Positions 48,804 through 60,035 are shown, numbered from the whole stretch's first letter. The stretch is DNA of 63,862 nucleotides, filler included, from 5 parts of 5 records of this genome joined end to end with filler, not necessarily neighbours in it; one strand, 5' to 3'. Numbers and translations: made by a program. Notes: generated from the letters alone by a model not told the origin.

Positions 48804-49622
48804 TTGTTTAATGGTATATCAGAACAGGCCAATAAACTTGTTGCTCTTACTCAAAAACAGCATTTAAAAAACTCTAGAACAAAAATCATAACAATAAGTT
48901 CAGGAAAAGGTGGAGTGGGAAAGTCTACGCTCACATCAAATATAGCCTATTTGTTGTCTCAACGTGGAAAAAAAGTTGCGATTTTTGATGCTGATATGGG
49001 ATTAGCAAATTTACAAGTTATGTTTGATGTAAAACCTGAATATACGATATATGATTACCTTGATGGAAAGTGTAACTTAAAAAATATTTTTACGGTTACA
49101 GATATTCCAAATGTGACACTTATTGCTGGAAAAAGTGGATACCAATATACAAACTCACATCAAAATATGCTTTTCTCTTCCCTTATTCATCAAATAGTTA
49201 GTTTAGAACAATTTGATATATTACTAATTGATACAGGAGCTGGGCTTCATGGAAATGTACAAGAGTTTCTTTCTCTATCAAATAATATTGTAGCAGTCAC
49301 AACTACTGACCCTAGTGCATTAACTGATGTTTATGCCCTTTTAAAGATGATAAGTTTGAAAAAAGAGAGACTATTTTTATGCTTCAATTATACTTCAAAA
49401 TATGAAACAGGTGAAACAATTACTAAATCTTTGAAAAATTTAGCACTAAAAAATAAACTTAATAGAAAATTTATGGTACAATATATAGGAAACGTGAGTG
49501 AAGAAAAAGGTATTACAATAAGCGGAAGACTCAGAAAGCTTTTTTCTAAAGAGTTAAAGAATGAAAAAGCAACACATGAGCTTCGAATTATTGTAAATAA
49601 CTTACTTGAACTGATCGATTAA
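48804..49622 (+). CDS. flhG: MinD-like ATPase FlhG/FleN
   Basis: SGKGGVGKS, DADMGLAN, IDTGAG; follows flhF. Confidence 0.92.
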   Translation: MFNGISEQANKLVALTQKQHLKNSRTKIITISSGKGGVGKSTLTSNIAYLLSQRGKKVAIFDADMGLANLQVMFDVKPEYTIYDYLDGKCNLKNIFTVTDIPNVTLIAGKSGYQYTNSHQNMLFSSLIHQIVSLEQFDILLIDTGAGLHGNVQEFLSLSNNIVAVTTTDPSALTDVYALLKMISLKKERLFLCFNYTSKYETGETITKSLKNLALKNKLNRKFMVQYIGNVSEEKGITISGRLRKLFSKELKNEKATHELRIIVNNLLELID

Positions 49623-49630
49623 GGGGAATA

Positions 49631-49963
49631 ATGAAAACAGAAGAGTTTTCTAAAAAACTATTACAAAGTAAAATATTTGATACATATGTTGCGACAGTTT
49701 TTTTTGGAACAACAATCTATTTTGTTCTAAACGCTTCTTATTATGCACCAGTAGAGATGATATTCTGGATCGTATTTGTGACAATACTTTTTAAAGGTCT
49801 TGCAAATATGATGTTAGCAATGCTTATCTCTTTATTTAATCTTTCAAATGAACAAGATAGAGCAGATTTTGAAAAGTCTGCCGATGAGTTAGATGCTTTG
49901 GTCAATGACTTGTCAATACGTGAAGCTGCAGTTCAAAGTGCAAAAACAAATGAAAATAAATAA
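49631..49963 (+). CDS. Hypothetical two-TM membrane protein
   Basis: 110 aa, two hydrophobic helices and a coiled C-terminus, within the flagellar operon. Confidence 0.7.
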   Translation: MKTEEFSKKLLQSKIFDTYVATVFFGTTIYFVLNASYYAPVEMIFWIVFVTILFKGLANMMLAMLISLFNLSNEQDRADFEKSADELDALVNDLSIREAAVQSAKTNENK

Positions 49964-49972
49964 GGATAGATT

Positions 49973-50296
49973 ATGAGATTAGCAGAAGTAGCAAACCCTT
50001 TTAATAATACAACAAAAGGTATTCTCCCTGGAAATCTTGAAGCTAATATATCTCAAGATATGAATAGACAAAAAGGTGACTCTTTTTCAGAAGTTTTAGA
50101 AAAATCACTTTTAGAAGTAAACAATGACCAAGTAGATGCATACAACGCAATGAATGATATAGCGACAGGAAAAGTTGAAAATCTTCAAGAAGCTGTACAA
50201 AAGATAGAAGAAGCAGAACTTAGTTTAAAACTTGGACTTGAAGTGAAAAACAAAGCGTTAGGTGCATACAAACAAGTTATGTCAATGCAAATATAA
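49973..50296 (+). CDS. fliE: Flagellar hook-basal body protein FliE
   Basis: SFSEVL...EVKNKALGAYKQVMSMQI. Confidence 0.92.
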   Translation: MRLAEVANPFNNTTKGILPGNLEANISQDMNRQKGDSFSEVLEKSLLEVNNDQVDAYNAMNDIATGKVENLQEAVQKIEEAELSLKLGLEVKNKALGAYKQVMSMQI

Positions 50297-50317
50297 AACT
50301 GTTAAGAGGATAAAAAG

Positions 50318-50767
50318 ATGGGTTTTTTTGATGGATATGATATAGCAACCTCTGGGATGAGTGCCCAAAGAGAACGGATCAATGTTGTGAGTTCAAATAT
50401 AGCTAATGCTCAAACTACCCATTCAAAAGATGGTGGTCCTTATAGAAAACAAAATGTTGTATTTGAAGAGGTCTTATTAGAAGCATCTCAAAAGCTTGAT
50501 AAAGATGGGCAGTATAAAGAAGATCCTTTAGCTATTAAAGGGGTTAATGTTCGAGAGATAACAGAATCGAATAAAGAGCCAATTTTAAAATATGATCCTA
50601 CCCATCCAGATGCAAATGAAAATGGTTATGTGGCATATCCTGATATCAACCCAGTTATTGAAATGGTTGATCTAATTGAGGCGATGAGATCGTACGAAGC
50701 AAATGTTTCAGCTTTTAAAACTCAAAAAAATATGGATACACAAACACTAGATATTATTAAAATGTAA
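50318..50767 (+). CDS. flgC: Flagellar basal-body rod protein FlgC
   Basis: SGMSAQR, NIANAQTT, GPYRKQ, YDPTHPDA, EMVDLI. Confidence 0.96.
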   Translation: MGFFDGYDIATSGMSAQRERINVVSSNIANAQTTHSKDGGPYRKQNVVFEEVLLEASQKLDKDGQYKEDPLAIKGVNVREITESNKEPILKYDPTHPDANENGYVAYPDINPVIEMVDLIEAMRSYEANVSAFKTQKNMDTQTLDIIKM

Positions 50768-50777
50768 GGGGTGACCC

Positions 50778-52985
50778 ATGTCTATTGAATTATTACCAAA
50801 TGTAGAAAAACAAGATGGAGCAAAGAAAAAAAGTGCATCATCGTCTTCAACACAAACTACAAAAAAAGAAGGAATGTCTCTTTTTGATTCTCTTTTAAAA
50901 GATGCAAAAAGTGATGTGCCTAGTCCTACAAGTAAGACTAATAGTGTAAAAAAAACTGTAAATACTGAAAAAACAGAAGGTGTAAAAGCTCAAGTAACTA
51001 AAACCACACAATCAAGTGAAATAAAAAATGCAACTATTGATAAAAATGAAGTGAAACAGCTTGCAGATGAATTAGTTGAGATAGTTGTAGAAAAAGCAAA
51101 AACACTTAAAGACAAATCAAAGCTTTTAGAAGATGAATCTAAAGTGAAAGAAAAAGTTGTTGCTTTAAAGCAGAATGTAGAAGAGAATGTAAAAACAAAA
51201 ACAGGCGAGATTAAAGATTCGTTAGAAGAGATTAAAAAAAGTCTTCAAAATATTAAAAACAAAACAAATTCTACTGAAAAAGATGAAGTAGTAGAAAAAA
51301 AAGAAGCTTCTAAAACTTCTGAGTCAATAGAAAAAAAAGAAATAATAAATAAACAAAATGAACCTGTTGAAGAAAAGTCAAAAACATTAAAAACTGATAC
51401 ACTAAAAGAAGTTCAGCAAAATGATGAAAATAACTCAATAGAAAATGTTAAGAAAAACATCACTCAAAAAACTACGCAGATAAAAGAATCGGTTGAAAAT
51501 ATCAAAAAAAATATGTCTACAATAGAAACAGCTGGAGATGAAAAAACAACTGCAGAAAAAACAACTTTAAAAACATCTGAAAAAATTACTGAAGAAAAAA
51601 ATGTACAAACAATCAAAATAAAAGTAAATGAAAAAGCAAATGAAATAAATAAAGCAGCGCAAGAGATAGAAACAAAAGTTGCAAAGCTTCAACCTGAAGA
51701 TGGAAAAACTACAGTAGGAAAAACACAAGCTGGTGAAGAAGAGATAAAAGAATCAAAAGCAGTTGCAAGTGAAATAAAAACTCAAACAGATAAAAAAGAG
51801 ATCGATGGAGAAAAAACAGAAGTATTAGTAGATAAAACTATACAAAAAAACACTCATCAACTAATAGAAAATAATGATGTTATAGAAGATAATGAAACAT
51901 TAAAAACACAAATAGAACAAAAAGCAGATCAGATAAAAGGTGCTGTTGAAGAGATAGAAAAAACAGTATCAAAAGTAAATTTTGTTTCTACTGAAGAGAT
52001 AGTAAAGAGCATTCAAGAGTTGAAAAAAGAGTTACAAACACCAAAAATTCAGGTTAATACTCCAACAGATAATAGAAATGATAAGAGCCTTTCTTCAAAA
52101 GATGCTAAAAACACTCTTATGGCAAATGGATTTTTAAATGATCAAGAAACTATCAAAGAACAAACCTCTTTACATCAAGTATCAAATGCAAAGAAAAATA
52201 TAGAAGATAAAAAAAGTGTAGTTTCTATAAAACAAAGTGCTGAGATGCTTGATTTAAATCCAGATGAAATTTCTATTGAAAATATGGGATCAAAAGGGGA
52301 AACAAAAGCAGAATTGTTTGCAAAAAACAATACTGAATTTAACCAAAGTTTTTTCCAACAAAAATCTTTAAATAAAATGATCATTGATAATGAAACATAT
52401 GCAAAAGAGAGTGTTTCTAAAGAAGTGGTTTCTAAAGCGCAAACAGAATCTATGAGTAACTCTCCTGTTAGTGATGCAGCTAAAGCTACTGCAAAAGAAG
52501 CTACAGTTACTTTAAATGTTCCTCAAAATGTGGTTGAAACAATACAAAGTAAGATTATCGGTGCACAACAAAAGATGGGAAGTTTTATGAGTGATGTAGC
52601 TAGAAATATGTATCTTAATTATAAACCACCTTTTACAGCATTTAGAATGAGTTTAAATCCAGCAAATCTTGGATCTATTTCCGTTATGATGAGAGCAAGT
52701 AAAGCAGATAATAGTATAACAGTAAGTATGAATATGAATAATAGTAATACTATGGAGGCTTTTGCTGACAATAAGGTTGCGTTACAAAATGCATTGCAAA
52801 AACAATTGGGTGAGGGATCAAATGTTTCACTGAACTTTGGTATGCAAAATGACAATACAAATAGTTCTGATAATTTTTCAGAAAACAATTCTGAAAATTC
52901 AAAACAAAATAGTTCAAAGAATGAAAATATTGTAACACATATAGAAGAGGTAGAAAACGAGACTGAAGACTCAAACTATATGTAA
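50778..52985 (+). CDS. fliK: Flagellar hook-length control protein FliK
   Basis: Long low-complexity N-terminus, C-terminal LNPANLGSISV domain. Confidence 0.8.
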   Translation: MSIELLPNVEKQDGAKKKSASSSSTQTTKKEGMSLFDSLLKDAKSDVPSPTSKTNSVKKTVNTEKTEGVKAQVTKTTQSSEIKNATIDKNEVKQLADELVEIVVEKAKTLKDKSKLLEDESKVKEKVVALKQNVEENVKTKTGEIKDSLEEIKKSLQNIKNKTNSTEKDEVVEKKEASKTSESIEKKEIINKQNEPVEEKSKTLKTDTLKEVQQNDENNSIENVKKNITQKTTQIKESVENIKKNMSTIETAGDEKTTAEKTTLKTSEKITEEKNVQTIKIKVNEKANEINKAAQEIETKVAKLQPEDGKTTVGKTQAGEEEIKESKAVASEIKTQTDKKEIDGEKTEVLVDKTIQKNTHQLIENNDVIEDNETLKTQIEQKADQIKGAVEEIEKTVSKVNFVSTEEIVKSIQELKKELQTPKIQVNTPTDNRNDKSLSSKDAKNTLMANGFLNDQETIKEQTSLHQVSNAKKNIEDKKSVVSIKQSAEMLDLNPDEISIENMGSKGETKAELFAKNNTEFNQSFFQQKSLNKMIIDNETYAKESVSKEVVSKAQTESMSNSPVSDAAKATAKEATVTLNVPQNVVETIQSKIIGAQQKMGSFMSDVARNMYLNYKPPFTAFRMSLNPANLGSISVMMRASKADNSITVSMNMNNSNTMEAFADNKVALQNALQKQLGEGSNVSLNFGMQNDNTNSSDNFSENNSENSKQNSSKNENIVTHIEEVENETEDSNYM

Positions 52986-52994
52986 GGATAATAT

Positions 52995-53750
52995 TTGCAA
53001 GAACTTATATCATTAATTGATCAGCCAACAGTTCTTGCCTTTTTACTCCTTTTAGCAAGAATTCTAAGTTTTATGGCTTTTATGCCTATTATTGGTGAAA
53101 AAACGGTTAATCCAACTATTAGAATTGCAGCATCTTTTTATATTACTATTTTTTTATACCCTTTAATAAATTATGATACTAGTGTTGTTAATACAGAAAA
53201 CTTTTTATTGGCACTTATTAGTGAAATTACTCTAGGGTTAGTTGCTTCATTTTTAGTTCAAATTGTCTTTTCAGCAGTTCAAATTATTGGAGATCTTGTA
53301 GAGTATGCAACTGCTTTATCAATGGCAACTATGTTTGATCCTGCAACTGGTACACAGCAAGGTTTAATTAGTAGATTACTGTATTTAATAGTACTGGTAG
53401 TGTATTTTGAAACAGGAATGTATGAGATCACATTTTATATTTTATCTCAAAGTTTTAGTTCCATATCTTTAGGAACTTTTGACCTTTTTAGTTATAATGG
53501 AATTTTATATGCAATAAAAGAGATTAATCGAATGTTCGAATTTGCTTTTGCTTTTGCTTTTCCTCTTTTTTTTATAGGGTTTATTCTTGACCTTTATTAT
53601 GGATATGGAACAAAATCAATGCCAGCATTTTCACCTTTTATTATAACATTTCAAATGAAGTTTGCTTTGGTATTTATTTTTATGATGCTAGGAATGGAAG
53701 TTTTTATTAGTGGATTTACAAATTATTTTATTGGAAAACTTGAAGGATAA
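52995..53750 (+). CDS. fliR: Flagellar export protein FliR
   Basis: Polytopic membrane protein with FDPATG motif, precedes flhB. Confidence 0.9.
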   Translation: MQELISLIDQPTVLAFLLLLARILSFMAFMPIIGEKTVNPTIRIAASFYITIFLYPLINYDTSVVNTENFLLALISEITLGLVASFLVQIVFSAVQIIGDLVEYATALSMATMFDPATGTQQGLISRLLYLIVLVVYFETGMYEITFYILSQSFSSISLGTFDLFSYNGILYAIKEINRMFEFAFAFAFPLFFIGFILDLYYGYGTKSMPAFSPFIITFQMKFALVFIFMMLGMEVFISGFTNYFIGKLEG

Positions 53751-53755
53751 GTTTT

Positions 53756-54799
53756 ATGGCTGATGAACAAGAAAAAACAGAAGAACCCACCTCCAAAAAG
53801 ATAGACGATGCCAAGAAAGAGGGAAATGTCCCTAAATCTGCTGAAGTATCAGGTGCTGCTATTTTATTTTTTGCCTCTATATATCTTTTATTTTTTGCAG
53901 ATATGATGTATGAATCTATTGAAGCAATGATGTCTTATAGCTATTCATATATAGGACAAGAGATGAGTCCTAAACTGTTTTTTACAATAGCATCAACAAT
54001 CTTTTGGTCAATACTTTATAATCTTCTTCCTTTATTTTTTGTGATCTTTCTTTTAGCAATTATATTCAATGTAATGCAGTTTGGTTTTGTTTTAACACCT
54101 TTAAAACTTGAATTAACAAAGATAGACCCCATAAGTGGATTTAAAAATGTTTTTAGTATGAAAAAAGCATTAGAAGCATTAAAGCTTATGGCAAAGTTAA
54201 CAATCATTTTTATAGTGATGGTAATTTTATTAGCTATAGTATGGGATGCCATATTAGCTATGATGGATAAAGAAGTAAAAGCTTCTTTAGAATCAATGAT
54301 TCAGCTTATAATTTATTTTTTACTAACGATTCTTTTAATAGTAATAATATTTGCACTGATAGATTTTTTCTTTGTAAGATTTTATTACTTTAAACAATTA
54401 CGTATGTCCAAACAAGAGATTAAAGATGAACATAAACAAATGGAAGGAGATCCTATAGTCAAAAGTAGAATTCGACAAATCCAGATGAAAATGTCACGAG
54501 AGCGGATGATGGCAGATGTTCCAGATGCAGATGTGGTTATTACAAACCCTACTCATTATGCCGTTGCACTTACGTATGATAAAGAAAAAAGCGATGCTCC
54601 TCTTGTAGTAGCAAAAGGGATTAATTTTTTAGCTCTAAAAATCAAAGAGATTGCTATGGAAAGTAAAGTTCCAATTATTGAAGATCCTGCACTTGCAAGA
54701 GCTTTATATGAACAAGTTGAAGTGGAACAGCAAATTCCACAAAGTATGTATAAAGCTATTGCAGAAATCTTTACTTTTGTGTATAATCTCAATAAATAG
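53756..54799 (+). CDS. flhB: Flagellar export protein FlhB
   Basis: EKTEEPT and NPTH autocleavage motif. Confidence 0.96.
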   Translation: MADEQEKTEEPTSKKIDDAKKEGNVPKSAEVSGAAILFFASIYLLFFADMMYESIEAMMSYSYSYIGQEMSPKLFFTIASTIFWSILYNLLPLFFVIFLLAIIFNVMQFGFVLTPLKLELTKIDPISGFKNVFSMKKALEALKLMAKLTIIFIVMVILLAIVWDAILAMMDKEVKASLESMIQLIIYFLLTILLIVIIFALIDFFFVRFYYFKQLRMSKQEIKDEHKQMEGDPIVKSRIRQIQMKMSRERMMADVPDADVVITNPTHYAVALTYDKEKSDAPLVVAKGINFLALKIKEIAMESKVPIIEDPALARALYEQVEVEQQIPQSMYKAIAEIFTFVYNLNK

Positions 54800-54818
54800 T
54801 TTGGAGTAAGTTTTAAAT

Positions 54819-56837
54819 ATGAAGTATTTTTTAGTTTTTTTTATTATCTTAAGTAGTCTTTATGGGAAAAAAGATTTTTATTATAATTTTGTTAATCCTG
54901 ATATGTCACAAATTACTCAAGTTGAAAAAAGAAAGATAGTTGGAGCATCAGATAAACTAAAAGAGATTAGAAGATATGTGCAAGAGGGACAGCTTGATGT
55001 GGCTCTTAAACATATTAAGATGTTTGAAAATAGTAATGATGTAGATCTTTTAAATTCAGCTGCTACATTGCTTCATAGTGAAATTTTATATAAGTTAAAT
55101 ACAGTACCAAGAGCGAGTGAAGCAAATATACTTTTAGAAAAAGCAATAAATACATCAGTTATAGATCAAGAAGATCTTTTAGAAGCATATAGATTATTGG
55201 TTTTAATAAAAATCAAGATTAATAAAATGGATGAAGCATTGTATTATGCCAATGCAATTAGTGAGAGTTTTGATGATCCTCTTTCCAAAGTTTATGGGAA
55301 AGTTGCTTTATCTCAAATATATATGAAAACAAGGGATTATAATAAAGCGATCAAGATCTTACGTCAAGAGCTTGTCAATACTACAAGTTTAGAGGTTGCT
55401 ACCATTATAGCTGATGAATTATATGATGCCTATATTTTAAATAAAGAGGATCAAAAGGCATATGATCTTGTAGAAAAAGTACTTAATAGAAATATAGATT
55501 ATTATGCCAATGATAGTTATAAAGCACTAAATAAAGTTGATAAACTAGTCGATGCTGGGATGCCAGAATTTGCCATTGATATTTTAAATAAACTTATAGA
55601 AAATTCAAGTGAATCAAAAAGTATTGATAATTTTAAATTTAAACTTGCAAATACATATATGGAGATTGCAGGATATGATAAAAAATATTTAGAAGAAGCA
55701 AAAAAAATTTATGAAGAGCTTATCCAATTAAAATATAATAATCCTTTTAAGAAAAATGCAAAAATGTATCTTGATGAGATCATTATGAGAGAAGGAAAAT
55801 TTGATCCTGCAATGATGGCATCGAAATATAGTGATTCTGATACTATGCAGTATAAAGCAATGATGCAAGAGTTGATTAATTCAATAGAAGATGAAAAATA
55901 TGAACAGATCCTTCGTATGAAAAAAATTTATTATGGGATCCCAGAATCTATTATCAAAAGATTTGGTCACGAGAGTATGGATAAGATCTATAATATGGTT
56001 AATTCAAAAATGGTTGAGTACTATTTAAATACGAATCAATGTAAACAACTTACTATGGTAATAAAAGATATATCAGATGAAGCTTTACTCCTTTTATTAA
56101 AAGATGATCCAGCAATAAACAAACTTTTTGGATGTTTAATGGAAGTACCTCAAGAGCAAGCTTTTAGGACTATAAAAAATGTATATTCAAAAGTACAAGA
56201 TGCAAAAGTAAATTTTTTATTAGAAAAAGTTGCTATTGTTTTAAGAAAATATGATGAAGCTTTTAATTATTCACAAAAACTAGATCTATTTAGTGAACCA
56301 GATATCCTTTCGCAAGAGTTCTTATACCGTTTTTTAATTTATAGAAACCTTGATAATTCTCAGGCAATGCAGCGATTTTTTGCATATGCAAGAGCAAATC
56401 CTGAATTTATAATCAACAATCAGAATAATCCACTTATTATTGATTTTTATCATACTTATTATCTGTATCTATTAAAAGAGAAAGAGGAAGAAGAAGCTGC
56501 TCAGATACTAAAAAAACTCTACGAAACACAAAATAAAATGAGAGCAAGAGTCTATTCCCCATTTGTAGAGATAGAATTAGCACGATATGCAAAATTGAAT
56601 GATAACTATGATCTTGCGCTTGATTATTTAAAGCATGGATTGCAGATCAAAAGATATAAAGATGGAAGAAGTATAGATAGAAAAATATCAGATGATGATA
56701 AATCAAGGATATATTATGAGATGGCAAAAATCTATGAATTTCAAAAAAGAGATAACAGGTATAAAGATGCTGTGAGACGATGTAATCGATTAAAAGATAC
56801 AACAAGTTATTATAAAAAAATGTGTGAAAAGATGTAG
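54819..56837 (+). CDS. Secreted TPR-repeat protein (possible PflA/PflB-like motor scaffold)
   Basis: Signal peptide, repeated helical TPR-like segments, flagellar context. Confidence 0.65.
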   Translation: MKYFLVFFIILSSLYGKKDFYYNFVNPDMSQITQVEKRKIVGASDKLKEIRRYVQEGQLDVALKHIKMFENSNDVDLLNSAATLLHSEILYKLNTVPRASEANILLEKAINTSVIDQEDLLEAYRLLVLIKIKINKMDEALYYANAISESFDDPLSKVYGKVALSQIYMKTRDYNKAIKILRQELVNTTSLEVATIIADELYDAYILNKEDQKAYDLVEKVLNRNIDYYANDSYKALNKVDKLVDAGMPEFAIDILNKLIENSSESKSIDNFKFKLANTYMEIAGYDKKYLEEAKKIYEELIQLKYNNPFKKNAKMYLDEIIMREGKFDPAMMASKYSDSDTMQYKAMMQELINSIEDEKYEQILRMKKIYYGIPESIIKRFGHESMDKIYNMVNSKMVEYYLNTNQCKQLTMVIKDISDEALLLLLKDDPAINKLFGCLMEVPQEQAFRTIKNVYSKVQDAKVNFLLEKVAIVLRKYDEAFNYSQKLDLFSEPDILSQEFLYRFLIYRNLDNSQAMQRFFAYARANPEFIINNQNNPLIIDFYHTYYLYLLKEKEEEEAAQILKKLYETQNKMRARVYSPFVEIELARYAKLNDNYDLALDYLKHGLQIKRYKDGRSIDRKISDDDKSRIYYEMAKIYEFQKRDNRYKDAVRRCNRLKDTTSYYKKMCEKM

Positions 56838-56840
56838 AGT

Positions 56841-57617
56841 ATGAATCATATAGACATAGATTCTTTATTGAATAATATAAATTCTAATAATCTTTTTATT
56901 CCTTTTGGAAGAATTACTAATATTAGTAGTTCTAGTATTATTGCTTCAGGACTAGAAGTGGCTATTGGTGATATTATTAGAATTGAAGCAGAAGAGGCAA
57001 ATTTAAAAGTATTAGGGATGGTAGCATCTGTTGAAAGGACACAATTTACGGTTGTCCCATTTTCATTTATTGATGGATTTAAAGTTGGTGATAAAGTTTA
57101 TTTACAAAAAGAGGGATTAAGCATAGCATGTGGTTATGGCCTTTTAGGTCGTGTAGTCAATGCTTTAGGTGAACCGATTGATAAAGGTGGAAAGATCACT
57201 AATATTGAAGGATACTCTTCAATCAATAAAGAGACAATCCCACCACTTGATCGTGGAATTATAAATCAAAGATTTTCTACTGGAGTGAAAGCCATAGATT
57301 CTATGCTTACATGTGGAAAAGGACAAAAAGTAGGGATCTTTGCAGGGTCTGGGGTTGGTAAATCAACTTTAATGGGAATGATCGTAAAAGGGTGTGAGGC
57401 TCAGATCAAAGTGATTGCGTTAGTTGGAGAGCGGGGAAGAGAGATTCCAGAATTTATTCATTATAATCTAGGAGATAATTTAGAAAATACAGTTATTGTA
57501 ACTGCAACAAGTGATGAGTCTTCATTAATGAGAAAATATGCTGCGTTTAGTGCAATGGCAATAGCTGAGTTTTTTAGAGATAAAGGGCATGATGTTCTTT
57601 TAATGATGGATTCTGTA
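56841..57617 (+). CDS. fliI: Flagellar export ATPase FliI, 3' truncated
   Basis: AGSGVGKSTL, GERGRE, LLMMDSV. Confidence 0.93.
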
Positions 57618-57717
57618 NNNNNNNNNNNNNNNNNNNNNNNNNNNNNNNNNNNNNNNNNNNNTTAATTAATTAANNNNNNNNNNNNNNNNNNNNNNNNNNN
57701 NNNNNNNNNNNNNNNNN
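57618..57717. other. Artificial contig spacer
   Basis: N44-TTAATTAATTAA-N44. Confidence 0.99.
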
Positions 57718-57718
57718 T

Positions 57719-59866
57719 ATCACGAAAACTGGCGGCAAACTAGATCAGACAAAAAATGCAGCCGTAAGTGAAGCGAAAACAGAATTAGAACCCCAAATTT
57801 TACTAGCTAAAGCAGAAATTTTTGGTGATGAAACTTTGGGAACAGTTGGGTTAAAGAAAACTGTATTTGGAGAAGATGGTAAAGGTGGAATTAATGCTTC
57901 TGTTGAAAGTTTAGTAGCAACTGTAACAGATGATGATAAAGGTCTTACTGCCAAATTAGACACTGTTGAATTTGCGATTGGTTTAGATGAAGGTGTTTCA
58001 ACTAAAATCAAGTCTCTTGAATATGATATGAATAATGATAAAGGTCAATTAAGAACAGCTTCGCAAGCAATAACTAAAGATTATATTCGAAATACTGTTG
58101 GTGTTGTGGCAATGGACTTTAATTTGGAAGAAGCAGAAATGAATGATTATGAATTCTGGGACAGTAAGTCATTTGAAATTGATGAAACAACGAAAAAATC
58201 TTGGTTTGATGGGGTATCACTTACTACAAGTTATACGATGCAGGAGTTAACAAATGAGCGTTTTCTTAGTGAAGTAAAGAGAATAGATAAGGATGCAAGT
58301 GTTACACGAAGTGCTATTGAACAAAAGGCAGATGGAATCCTAATGACTGTTTCCGAAGAAGTTAATAGAATAAACGCTGATATTAACGGAGTAAGAGGAG
58401 AAATAACAACTAGCTATAATAGTTTAATCAATCAAACTTCAAGTTCAATAGAATTATCTGTTAATGAATCAAAAGAATATGCTAAAACCTATACTGATGG
58501 TGTAAAAACTACACTTGATGGAGAGATAGGTAACAAAACAACTTTAACTGAAGCAGTAGACGAAGTAAAAAGTAAAATTTCTATAGATCAAGATGGAATA
58601 GATTTACTTGGAAAAAAGATAACGCTTGGAGATGAAATAACTATTGTTGACAATGTTATGAAAGTGGTGAACTTGACTGCAGATCATATCGCATCTAATT
58701 CAATAACGGTAGAAAAATTATCTATCCCAAGTGAATCAGGGGATATTTCACTTGAAAACAATGAATTAAGAGTTAAGAAAATTTCATCGGATACTGAATT
58801 AAGTATTCAAGCAAAGAATTTTAGTTTGGATGGAGAAAATGTTGTTAAGAGTTTATTTTCAATGTGTATAGATAACTCCGATGGTACTTTTACTAATGTA
58901 GTAGAACTTTCAGATGGTTCTTTTGTTTATTCATATTATTATCGAGGAAAAGGAACAGGTCTCTATATTTATAAAGTTGATAGTGACTTTCAAGAAAAAG
59001 AAATACTTGGTAAAATTGAAGTTAATAATTCTGCTGAAGAATTGTTTTGCCATCATTTAGCTATTTTTAATGGCAAAATATATATATTTACGAGCAAAAG
59101 AAATGTAGATAAGAGCAGAGAAGCAAATATTTATTCAATTTCTGAATCAGCACCAAATAATACACAAGCAACTTTTGTTTTTCAGTGTGAAAATAAAATA
59201 TATAATGGTAATATAACTTTTGGACATGGAAAGATGAATTCAGTAGTTAAAAATAACACGTTATTCTTTACTAGACAAAGTGATACTTTAGGAAAGCATG
59301 TTTTACAAAGTTTAAATACAACAAATCAAGTTTCTGGGAATCTTTTTACTACAACTGATGGTGGATTAATAACTAGTATTAATAGTTTAATTCCTTACAG
59401 TCCTTCTGAGAATAAAATTGCTTTTACCACAGATGAAATAATGTATAATCGTATATATACTTATGATATTTTAAATAATGTAATAAAATTATTAATTAGA
59501 ACTGACGAGAACAAATTGTGTCTAACAGAATTTAAAGGTGAGGTTTATCTTATCCAAGGTACGTCAATTTTAAAAGGATCATTTGAAGGAGGAAGTTGGG
59601 AGATAGTAGAAGAAGAAATTCCAACTTATGGAAAAGTAAAATTTTCTTGTAGTGGTAATGAGATGATATACTATACAGGAAAGCTCTATTTTTTAAGAAG
59701 TTTTGACGGAAAGAACTTTGAAAAAGTGTACACGAGTGAATACGAAATAGAGAATATAGATGTTTTAAATAGTCGAACAATTTATTCAGCCAAAAACCAA
59801 TTGTTTGAAGATTATGATTTAAAAGTTGCAACAGCACTAACTTTATCAATATCTTATAAATCATAA
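57719..59866 (+). CDS. Phage tail/host-specificity protein (gp58-like segment), 5' truncated
   Basis: Frame open from the contig edge; SAIEQKADGI / SLINQTSSSI / SIDQDGIDLLGKKITL repeats; beta-rich C-terminal domain. Confidence 0.7.
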   Translation: MTKTGGKLDQTKNAAVSEAKTELEPQILLAKAEIFGDETLGTVGLKKTVFGEDGKGGINASVESLVATVTDDDKGLTAKLDTVEFAIGLDEGVSTKIKSLEYDMNNDKGQLRTASQAITKDYIRNTVGVVAMDFNLEEAEMNDYEFWDSKSFEIDETTKKSWFDGVSLTTSYTMQELTNERFLSEVKRIDKDASVTRSAIEQKADGILMTVSEEVNRINADINGVRGEITTSYNSLINQTSSSIELSVNESKEYAKTYTDGVKTTLDGEIGNKTTLTEAVDEVKSKISIDQDGIDLLGKKITLGDEITIVDNVMKVVNLTADHIASNSITVEKLSIPSESGDISLENNELRVKKISSDTELSIQAKNFSLDGENVVKSLFSMCIDNSDGTFTNVVELSDGSFVYSYYYRGKGTGLYIYKVDSDFQEKEILGKIEVNNSAEELFCHHLAIFNGKIYIFTSKRNVDKSREANIYSISESAPNNTQATFVFQCENKIYNGNITFGHGKMNSVVKNNTLFFTRQSDTLGKHVLQSLNTTNQVSGNLFTTTDGGLITSINSLIPYSPSENKIAFTTDEIMYNRIYTYDILNNVIKLLIRTDENKLCLTEFKGEVYLIQGTSILKGSFEGGSWEIVEEEIPTYGKVKFSCSGNEMIYYTGKLYFLRSFDGKNFEKVYTSEYEIENIDVLNSRTIYSAKNQLFEDYDLKVATALTLSISYKS

Positions 59867-59915
59867 ATATAATAGAATGCACTTAACAACTAAATAACCA
59901 AACAAATGACGGGAC

Positions 59916-59954
59916 AAAAAAATACCCTGTTCTCCTATACAAGAGAAAGGGTAT
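59916..59954 (-). terminator. Minus-strand intrinsic terminator
   Basis: ATACCCTTTCTC...GAGAACAGGGTAT followed by T tract on the minus strand. Confidence 0.7.
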
Positions 59955-60006
59955 ACAAATAGTTAACATTTTCAATATAAACTTGAAGATTTAATCAATC
60001 TAACTC

Positions 60007-60035
60007 TTGCTTTTACAGCACCTATATGCTAAAAT
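60007..60035 (+). promoter_or_regulatory. Sigma-70 promoter (extended -10)
   Basis: TTGCTT-N17-TAAAAT with TG at -15/-14. Confidence 0.5.
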
